Shown here one piece after another: positions 26,516-32,571 of a stretch of DNA of 32,571 nt. Both the position numbers and the translations under genes were made by a program. Below the pieces are notes generated by a model. The model did not search any database and was not told the origin of the DNA. It worked only from the letters and a program-made list of their open reading frames with translations. The DNA comes from a virus (Duplodnaviria > Caudoviricetes). The DNA is taken from positions 1 to 32,571 of IMG/VR virus record IMGVR_UViG_3300015370_000394, one strand, 5' to 3'. Within the stretch, counting starts at the first letter, position 1. Every line of letters starts with the position of its first letter.

Positions 26516-27124
26516 CTACATGCGCATCGGCATGATGACCACATCGGCGTTCAGATCGCGGGACTCGACTCTGAACAGGATGGGAGCCAGCTCGCCCGAG
26601 CAACCGACGAGCTTTACTCCTGAGTGCCAGCTGCTTGTGGCCTTTCCGACGAGTGCCACCCGTGTGAGGTAGTCAGCGTTCACTGCTACGCCGTTGTCCA
26701 GCTCGCCAGAAATTCCCGGTTGCGGGATGCAAGCGAGGTAGGGCGGAAAGTCCAGGACGTCCGGATCCAGTGTGACCTCGACCGAGCCTAGACAGACTGC
26801 GCCATCCCTCGCCCGCATGACGACGCAAGTGCGCCCCGACGAGGCGATGCAGCTTGTGACCTCGAGTAGGTGAGCGTCCTTGCGAAGTAGGGCGTAGGCT
26901 TGTTTCAGGCCGGCGAGCGGAACCGCATAGGCCGCTTCGGACGGGCAGGGCGGCATGCCGTTACATCGAATCAGCGTATGGCCATCGGTTGCGATGACAG
27001 CTCCTGCTGAGCCGTCAAACAGCACGCAATTGAGGTGTTCTCGGGTCCCATCGGTCGAGGCAAACGCCATCACGGCTTTGAGCTCAGCTTTGGTCAGTGT
27101 GAAGGTACCTGTTTCGAGTTTCAT
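26516..27124 (-). CDS. DNA polymerase III beta-clamp-like protein (central and C-terminal domains only)
   Basis: 'FASTD.TR.HLNCVLF', 'IATDGHTL', 'FPPY..CIP', 'VNADYL', 'VIMPMR'; AAAGGAG RBS; 202 aa. Confidence 0.8.
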   Translation of the reverse strand: MKLETGTFTLTKAELKAVMAFASTDGTREHLNCVLFDGSAGAVIATDGHTLIRCNGMPPCPSEAAYAVPLAGLKQAYALLRKDAHLLEVTSCIASSGRTCVVMRARDGAVCLGSVEVTLDPDVLDFPPYLACIPQPGISGELDNGVAVNADYLTRVALVGKATSSWHSGVKLVGCSGELAPILFRVESRDLNADVVIMPMRM

Positions 27125-27201
27125 CGGTTGCTCCTTTTGGATGAGCTGTAGCGCTCGCAATGCCCGCCAAGCTGCCCTGGTAGGCATTACGTGGGCGACA
27201 C

Positions 27202-28239
27202 CTAGTCCAACATGCTGGCCAGGATGCTCGCACCCAGCTGGCTGCTATCCACACCCATCGCGCTGGCATCGGAGAACGGGACAGACTGGATCGACCCGTC
27301 CGCCATGACGATCTCAATCAGACTCTGGATCTCTGCGACCCGTTGACCTCGGCTGCCAAACAACATCGAATCGAGCGCCTCTCCGCCCCGGATGGGCCTT
27401 GGGCTCCCGTCCGCTCTGCGATCAACGATGAATGTCGCGGCGTTCCAAAGGGTCGCGACCGTTGCCCCTTCATCGTTGCACGGCAGAGCCATTGCCGCGG
27501 TCGCATCGTTCCTGCGGTTCTGGGCGATCGTTTTCTGGCGGAGCGGTGCATCGTCCGGGGCTGCTGGAAACAGCTTGTCAAAGATTGCGCCAGCATCGTC
27601 CCGGTGCAGGCTCGTACCGAGGGCAGCCTCGTAGGTGTCTTTGACCTTTGAGCCCGAAGCGATCGCCTGCCCGATTGCGTCGCCCAGCAGGATCACTTTT
27701 TGCTCCAAGCTGGCCGTATGGCGCAGTCTGGCCCAGTCATTCCCGCTCATTCGCTCCGCAGCTGCGAGCGTGTTCGCGCAGACTACGCGCACAGTTGAAA
27801 ACCCACAGTCGAGCCTCAGACTCCCATCGTAGGCGTCCGAGACAACCAGGTTCGTGCGCAGACCGTTGCTCGACCCCACGTCGAATGTCATCACGACCCG
27901 CGCCCCTTCGCGCAAGCTCATCACTCCCGTCGGCTGCGCACCAGCGTCGCACGCTGCGCGGATCAAATCCCTGGTTTCCCCCGCTTGCGTTGCCCTGTAG
28001 CGGGAGCCCACGGCCCCGACGATGCGCGGATCATGCGTCTCGTAAAGAGCCTTCGTGCCCCATACGGGAGCAAGCAGACCCGTCGAATCAAACAGCTCCA
28101 CCTTCTGTAGCTCCACGGGAAGCGCTCCCGAGCGGTCGCCGTGACGGATCATGTCCTCCGCCGTTGCCATCGTTCCGATTTCCTCTAGTTCGTGCCAACT
28201 ACTCGCGTTCAGTACGCCCCTGTCCCATTGATGTGCCAT
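27202..28239 (-). CDS. DUF932/DUF945-like phage/plasmid protein
   Basis: 'SWHEL', 'GAVGSRY', 'SLREGARV', 'AYDGS', 'VRVVCANTL', 'LRHT', 'TLWNAAT'; AAAGGAG RBS. Confidence 0.85.
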   Translation of the reverse strand: MAHQWDRGVLNASSWHELEEIGTMATAEDMIRHGDRSGALPVELQKVELFDSTGLLAPVWGTKALYETHDPRIVGAVGSRYRATQAGETRDLIRAACDAGAQPTGVMSLREGARVVMTFDVGSSNGLRTNLVVSDAYDGSLRLDCGFSTVRVVCANTLAAAERMSGNDWARLRHTASLEQKVILLGDAIGQAIASGSKVKDTYEAALGTSLHRDDAGAIFDKLFPAAPDDAPLRQKTIAQNRRNDATAAMALPCNDEGATVATLWNAATFIVDRRADGSPRPIRGGEALDSMLFGSRGQRVAEIQSLIEIVMADGSIQSVPFSDASAMGVDSSQLGASILASMLD

Positions 28240-28318
28240 GCTCGTTGCTCCTTTGTGTTGGCGACCGCGGGCCCGTACCAAGGGCCCTGCGCAGGTAGCG
28301 CGGTCTTCTCCTACGCCC

Positions 28319-28636
28319 TCAGGCCCCAGGCTTGCGCTCTTGGGCGGTGTCGGTGTAGTCGCTGACCACATCGTAGATCGCTTCACTCAGCGTGTCACCG
28401 CCGTCTGTAAAGCTGCATACGACTGGACGCCCTAGCGCCTCACTGGCGGCGATACTCACCTCGGCGTCACCCGGGTAGTCAGCGTTGCCCCAGTCTACCT
28501 CATCCTCGCCGTCGTCGTTTATGATCGTCGGTGCGCAACAGTCGTCGAGCACTACGCTCAACCGCTCGTCGCCGGGCTCGTCGTTGAGTACGTGCAAGGT
28601 CCAGGTGTCGCGTCGGATGGTGTCGGTCGTCTTCAT
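28319..28636 (-). CDS. small acidic hypothetical protein (MKTTDT...)
   Basis: GAGGAG RBS within the 46-bp repeat; very Asp/Glu-rich. Confidence 0.75.
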   Translation of the reverse strand: MKTTDTIRRDTWTLHVLNDEPGDERLSVVLDDCCAPTIINDDGEDEVDWGNADYPGDAEVSIAASEALGRPVVCSFTDGGDTLSEAIYDVVSDYTDTAQERKPGA

Positions 28637-28880
28637 GCTCGTGGTCTCCTCTTGTCAGGTGGGGTGGTGTCAGCGAGCAGCGCAGCACTTGGCGCACCCG
28701 CACACTAGGCTCGTCGGGTGTGGCTGGCGCTGCTGCCATGCCACGGCAGCCCAGCAGGCGCGCGACTTGGCCATGATCTCGCTTGCGCCGGCCGCGACTG
28801 CGGCGGTGTAGGTGGTCTCGTAGATGGTCTCGTAGGTGTCGGTCGTCTTCATGCTCGTGGTCTCCTCTTGTCAGGTGGGG
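28619..28880. repeat. 46-bp exact direct repeat (28619..28664, 28835..28880); its 19-bp core recurs at 29539..29557
   Basis: GGTGTCGGTCGTCTTCATGCTCGTGGTCTCCTCTTGTCAGGTGGGG; core on the minus strand ACCTGACAAGAGGAGACCA. Confidence 0.95.
28670..28852 (-). CDS. small protein with C-terminal Cys cluster (CGCAKCC)
   Basis: GAGGAG RBS within the 46-bp repeat; internal YET(I/T) tandem units. Confidence 0.7.
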   Translation of the reverse strand: MKTTDTYETIYETTYTAAVAAGASEIMAKSRACWAAVAWQQRQPHPTSLVCGCAKCCAAR

Positions 28881-28890
28881 GCGACGTAGG

Positions 28891-29193
28891 CTAGTCGCGG
28901 TACCGCTCCTCGCGGCGGCGCTCTACAGCGGCCCGCAGGTCGTCCGTCCACGCTGCGGCGACGGCAGCTTCAGCGGCGTCGATGTGCTCGGAGGACACGA
29001 CACCGCGGCAGGGCTCGCCGCTGTCGGTCATCTCGGCGTCGAGCGTCTCCTCGAGGTCGCTGAGCGCCGCAGTGATAGCTGCGTCATCCACGAGCCCTGC
29101 ATCCTCGGCCACGCGGGCCTGGTGCACGAGCTGGCCACGCGGGCAGTCTGTCGACTCGTAGTTGCAATTTGCGATGGTCGGATAGATGGTCAT
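28891..29193 (-). CDS. small acidic hypothetical protein
   Basis: TAGGAGA RBS 7 nt before ATG 29193 (alternative start 29199). Confidence 0.7.
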   Translation of the reverse strand: MTIYPTIANCNYESTDCPRGQLVHQARVAEDAGLVDDAAITAALSDLEETLDAEMTDSGEPCRGVVSSEHIDAAEAAVAAAWTDDLRAAVERRREERYRD

Positions 29194-29263
29194 GTTCATG
29201 TCTCCTACGCCCTCGAGCCCCAGGCCCGGTGAGGGGCTCTGGGGCTGGGGCGGGGTGGTGGGG

Positions 29264-29533
29264 TCACTCGGTGAGCGAGTCGATTTCGTCGACAAGCCAC
29301 CGTGCTGATTCAGCCCGCTCACGGTCCTCAATCGCATCGAAAGCCTCGGCAGCTGCATCGGCAGACTCGAAAGCATCGGAGAACCGGCCAGCCGCTAGGT
29401 GAGCAGCACACGACACCGCATCTAGGTCGCCGGTCTTGGCCAAGTCGCGTGCCTCGTTCAGCGCGTGGCGGAGGCGCTCTTCGCGGTCGACCCCTGCGGC
29501 AAGGGTTCCGGGCTCCAAGTTATTGGTCGTCAT
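29264..29533 (-). CDS. small acidic helical hypothetical protein
   Basis: GAGGAG RBS in the 19-bp repeat core. Confidence 0.7.
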   Translation of the reverse strand: MTTNNLEPGTLAAGVDREERLRHALNEARDLAKTGDLDAVSCAAHLAAGRFSDAFESADAAAEAFDAIEDRERAESARWLVDEIDSLTE

Positions 29534-29551
29534 TATCTTGGTCTCCTCTTG

Positions 29552-29719
29552 TCAGGTTCCGAGCTCACGGGCGAGCTCCACGATTGCGCGTTGCACTGCC
29601 GAGAGCTGAGCATCCGCGATCATGCGGTCCGTTCCCGTCAGCTTGCGAGCCTCGCTCATCTTGCACAGCGCTAGGCAATGCAGATCGGCGAGTAGCTCCT
29701 CACGACTCGCCCGGGTCAT
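29552..29719 (-). CDS. small hypothetical protein
   Basis: ATGA coupling; its stop codon lies inside the 19-bp repeat core. Confidence 0.55.
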   Translation of the reverse strand: MTRASREELLADLHCLALCKMSEARKLTGTDRMIADAQLSAVQRAIVELARELGT

Positions 29720-29892
29720 GCTGCTACCCCGTAGCGGTCGGTCTCGTCGCCGATCCATTCGCAATGGTGGGTGTAGCCGTAAGGCTTGGGCGCGGGCGCC
29801 TTGTCAGCTGCGGTCGCTGTCATGTAGGCAATCGTGTCGAGGTCTGCCTGGATCATGTCTGAGAGGGGTCGGCTAGTAATATCGAGTTTCAT
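29716..29892 (-). CDS. small hypothetical protein, first gene of the cassette
   Basis: TAGGAG RBS, ATG at 29892. Confidence 0.65.
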   Translation of the reverse strand: MKLDITSRPLSDMIQADLDTIAYMTATAADKAPAPKPYGYTHHCEWIGDETDRYGVAA

Positions 29893-29917
29893 GGTGGTTG
29901 CTCCTACCTGGGAGCAA

Positions 29918-29933
29918 TGCATCGAACATGCCA
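29918..29933 (-). promoter_or_regulatory. putative sigma54 promoter of the small-gene cassette
   Basis: TGGCATG-TTCG-ATGCA: close match to the sigma54 consensus TGGCACG-N4-TTGCW with exact GG-N10-GC spacing; predicted +1 near 29907, just before the RBS. Confidence 0.65.
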
Positions 29934-30016
29934 ACAGTCGCGGACACAATTTCGCGCCTTTGGATACTGCGAAAACTGCACATTGCGACAATCGCTCCAC
30001 AGCGTAACACCGAAAG

Positions 30017-30265
30017 TCAACCATTACGGTGGGTTGGCTTGCGACAATGGCTCCGCACCCTGCGACAATGGCTCCGCACCCCTAGTGCGTCACTGAGCTC
30101 GGCTACAGGTAGGCGCAGCAGCCAAGAGGCGCTCGCAATACCGTAGAGCTCGGCGAGGGACTCCACACCAGCTCGGACTACCGGATCTAGGGCTATCAGG
30201 GCGAGCAATGCCGCGTCCCTATCCGCTGTTATCATGCGGCTATCTGTAGGCATGAATCGTGCCAT
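30017..30265 (-). CDS. possible small hypothetical protein
   Basis: 82-aa ORF without a strong RBS; 3' end contains the tandem repeat. Confidence 0.35.
   Translation of the reverse strand: MARFMPTDSRMITADRDAALLALIALDPVVRAGVESLAELYGIASASWLLRLPVAELSDALGVRSHCRRVRSHCRKPTHRNG
30040..30081. repeat. 21-bp perfect tandem duplication; degenerate third copy at 29984..29998
   Basis: TGCGACAATGGCTCCGCACCC x2; TGCGACAATCGCTCC. Confidence 0.9.
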
Positions 30266-30372
30266 TAGGCATTGCGCCTCCGCTTTCCGTGGCTATGGTG
30301 GTACCAGGGCCAGTCGGGCTCGGTTGCTCCTGCCTGGCTGGCCCTGTTTTATGAAGGAACGGGCGCCCGTGT

Positions 30373-30388
30373 AGCACGTTCCGTGCCG
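30373..30388 (-). promoter_or_regulatory. putative sigma54 promoter
   Basis: CGGCACG-GAAC-GTGCT with GG-N10-GC spacing in apparently non-coding DNA. Confidence 0.4.
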
Positions 30389-30565
30389 AGGTCATTCCTA
30401 CCCTGTGAACGCCCGGATACAGGTCATTCTGACCTCGAGCTCGAGACCACCGAGCTGGGCCAGATCGATTCCGGGTTCGCGGCTCGAGCTCCCCAAAACC
30501 TAGGTCGTATTAGTGGGGCTTTTGGGGCGCGGCGCGAAATTCTCTCGTCGGATTAGTGGTAGGAT

Positions 30566-30748
30566 CTACGGAACATGCCGCCAGGTCACGCGGTTGCAGG
30601 CGTACCTTACCGTGGTGGCTCCGTAACCGAAACGCCTTGCCAGCGAGCAGTGCGACTCGTCCGCCTTGCTCTTGTTCAGAGCCAGTATCTCGGCCACTGC
30701 CTCGCAGATTGCTGCCATGTCGGGCTTGTCGTCAGTCATCGTCTTCAT
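30566..30748 (-). CDS. small helix-turn-helix protein
   Basis: 'SLARRFGYGATTVRYACNRVTWRHV' matches the HTH tail seen on phage HNH proteins; GGAGG RBS. Confidence 0.6.
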   Translation of the reverse strand: MKTMTDDKPDMAAICEAVAEILALNKSKADESHCSLARRFGYGATTVRYACNRVTWRHVP

Positions 30749-31028
30749 CTGCATCCTCCCACCACGGCCCATCGAACAGGTAGAAGCTCATCACCAGCTC
30801 GACGATCTCATCCTGGCAAGTGTCAATGGCCACTTCTAGGATATCGTCGAGCATCATAAGCGCGTCCGCTCGCCCGTTGTCCGCATTGTCGAGTCGCTTT
30901 CGCATGGCCCACAGATCGGCCAGGTGCCTCTGCTTGACGTCCTTTGGAGTGCGTGGCGCCTTGTCCCGCCATACCTTGGCGAAGCGTCTCAACCTCTTGA
31001 GCTCCTGCTCGGTGGTCTCGTCAGTCAT
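30732..31028 (-). CDS. hypothetical protein with acidic C-terminus
   Basis: ATG 4 nt after the RuvC stop. Confidence 0.65.
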   Translation of the reverse strand: MTDETTEQELKRLRRFAKVWRDKAPRTPKDVKQRHLADLWAMRKRLDNADNGRADALMMLDDILEVAIDTCQDEIVELVMSFYLFDGPWWEDADEDDD

Positions 31029-31032
31029 TGGG

Positions 31033-31635
31033 TTATCCCTTCCCGCTCCCTGCAAACCGCCGAGCCATCTTCATGGCCTGTTGATCCTTGCACGCCACCA
31101 CCGCCCCTAATGCATCGGCGGCGTGGTCGACCTTGCCCTTGTTCAGGCCCTCGAAGATGCGGAGCCCCATCATGTGCTCGAGTGCTAGCTGCACGTCGGC
31201 CTTGCTGGCATTGGCGAGCCCGCACACCGCCTTCTTGATAGCCTGGGGACTGGCGTGGCAGATAGGCGCACCGTCCAGCTCGTTGGCCAGCGCGCAGATG
31301 ACGCCCCATGCGTAGCCCAGTTGGGCGACTGGCTTGGGCATGATCGTGGAACCCTTCCCTCCCTTGCCGGGAACCCGTGGGTAGCTCATGGCCTCCGCGC
31401 AGATGACCTGGGGTTTGATGTGGTGGTTGGCAATCGCGGTGATAAGCTCCCCGTGTAGGCGGCGCCCCCTGCGGGCCAGGTCCTCGCTGGCGGTCACCCC
31501 CGCCTTGGTGGTCTCGGAGGCCGTCTCGATGCAGCCCGCCTCCAGGACGCGCCACTTGTCGCCGAGCTCTACCAGGACCCACCCGAACTTTGCGAGCCCG
31601 GGGTCTACACCTAGCACTACGATTCGGTCGTTCAT
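31033..31635 (-). CDS. ruvC: Holliday junction resolvase RuvC
   Basis: 'VLGVDPG', catalytic E in 'CAEA', 'PQAIKKAVCG.ANASKADV', 'DHAADALG'; ATGA coupling. Confidence 0.92.
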   Translation of the reverse strand: MNDRIVVLGVDPGLAKFGWVLVELGDKWRVLEAGCIETASETTKAGVTASEDLARRGRRLHGELITAIANHHIKPQVICAEAMSYPRVPGKGGKGSTIMPKPVAQLGYAWGVICALANELDGAPICHASPQAIKKAVCGLANASKADVQLALEHMMGLRIFEGLNKGKVDHAADALGAVVACKDQQAMKMARRFAGSGKG

Positions 31636-31829
31636 CTCGCCCTTTCCTTCCACGCCTGAACCTCGGCCTCCCGAAGCTCCAGCCCAATGTCCTCGAACCT
31701 CGTCTCCGCCACGTCCAGCAGCCGGGCGATCACCCACCAGGCGGGCCGCTCGCACTGATCCACCAGGCCAGCGATGCGCTTGCTGCTCTCGGTGGTGATG
31801 CGCAGGGACGCCCAGTCTTTAGCCCCCAT
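31632..31829 (-). CDS. small ribbon-helix-helix-like DNA-binding protein
   Basis: 'ASLRITTESSKRIAGL......WWVIARLL' strand-helix-helix pattern; start uncertain. Confidence 0.5.
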   Translation of the reverse strand: MGAKDWASLRITTESSKRIAGLVDQCERPAWWVIARLLDVAETRFEDIGLELREAEVQAWKERAR

Positions 31830-32325
31830 CTTCCTCATTCTCCCACCCGGCAAACCGCATCCCGTTCCTACTCCCCCAGATATGCGGCGGGCTGTGCCCC
31901 TTGACTCGGACGCACTTGACCACCATGCCCAGGCGCGCGGGCCGCACAGCGGGGCACTCGCACATGGTAGCCAAGATCGCGGCGGAGAACTTGGAGTCGG
32001 CCTCCTCGAAGCGGCGGCGCAGGGCTTCCGTGTCGGCGTATTGGGCCTTGTAGAGGGCAGCTAACCCTAGGATGTCGCGCTCGACCACAGCTGGGCACGT
32101 CATCGACTCTGAGATCAACCCACCGCAGCATCCAACCTCGAAGTCCCCACACTCCTTGGTGAGCCCGCAGTCGACTCCCTCGTTCCCCTTGAACTTCGGC
32201 AGCTCCCCTGCCGTCCCGTCCGGCACCTTGCCGTCGTAGGTGATGACAGCATCCATGTTCAGGGCTGTTACTACGAACTCGCCCAGGCCCGGGTCGTCGC
32301 CCTTAGGCATCGTCGTCCTCCCCAA
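31819..32325 (-). CDS. hypothetical Cys-containing protein
   Basis: 168-aa ORF overlapping both neighbours; possible metal-binding C/H cluster near the C-terminus. Confidence 0.55.
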   Translation of the reverse strand: MGRTTMPKGDDPGLGEFVVTALNMDAVITYDGKVPDGTAGELPKFKGNEGVDCGLTKECGDFEVGCCGGLISESMTCPAVVERDILGLAALYKAQYADTEALRRRFEEADSKFSAAILATMCECPAVRPARLGMVVKCVRVKGHSPPHIWGSRNGMRFAGWENEEDGG

Positions 32326-32563
32326 TGGATACCTGCCGAGGGTCGGATTTCGGGGCCCTGACCTTGCGCTGTCTGGCGGAGAACAGGTATCCAGCCTTAA
32401 CCAGCGTGTTGGCCCACTGTGATTGCTTCTGGAGCTTCGACAGGCATTCTAGGCAGTCGATGATCTCGCCGGAGCGGGCCACGGACGGGTGCTGGGCGAT
32501 CGTTTCGCAGAGGGCACCACTTAGAAATCCTGTATACGGCGCGTGCATAAGATGTCTACTCAC
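32303..32563 (-). CDS. hypothetical protein (may be truncated by the window edge)
   Basis: ORF with H..C..C..C pattern; overlaps the next gene. Confidence 0.45.
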   Translation of the reverse strand: MSRHLMHAPYTGFLSGALCETIAQHPSVARSGEIIDCLECLSKLQKQSQWANTLVKAGYLFSARQRKVRAPKSDPRQVSIGEDDDA

Positions 32564-32571
32564 CTTTACCT

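Noticed and set aside
28240-28386. N-terminal extensions given by the ORF track for DUF932 (and likewise TerL, RuvC and the lipoprotein)
   Set aside because: They overlap upstream genes; internal starts with an RBS or stop-start coupling fit better.
28619-29557. Repeats considered as a CRISPR array or attC-type integron cassettes
   Set aside because: Spacing is irregular and gene-sized, the repeats contain RBS and start codons, and there is no palindromic attC structure, cas gene or integrase.

Overview
A 32.6-kb slice of a GC-rich, podovirus-type (short-tailed) dsDNA phage genome. No integrase, tRNA or CRISPR array is visible. Almost everything is on the minus strand. Reading right to left: (i) the end of a replication/recombination module (RuvC resolvase, small DNA-binding proteins, 30566-32563); (ii) a cassette of small acidic ORFs, a DUF932-like protein and a two-domain beta-clamp-like protein, with repeated start-associated sequences, intergenic hairpins and an intrinsic terminator (26458-29892); (iii) a continuous morphogenesis operon: TerS-like, RyR-domain protein, TerL, GroES, portal, scaffold, major capsid, three decoration-like proteins (two are paralogs), adaptor, tail nozzle, five ejection-like proteins and a tandem LamG receptor-binding protein; (iv) pentapeptide-repeat protein, holin, lipoprotein and a two-domain endolysin. 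The lysis genes converge on a plus-strand run of small hypothetical genes (1-1520). The most notable signal is regulatory. Each of the three sizeable non-coding gaps upstream of a minus-strand unit holds a correctly spaced sigma54 (-24 GG-N10-GC -12) motif. One is sandwiched by 21-bp direct repeats; another has enhancer-positioned repeats and an RBS-occluding hairpin. This suggests a sigma54-driven phage transcription programme, possibly in a Myxococcota host (inference). Family assignments come from motif recognition by eye and gene order, not database searches.
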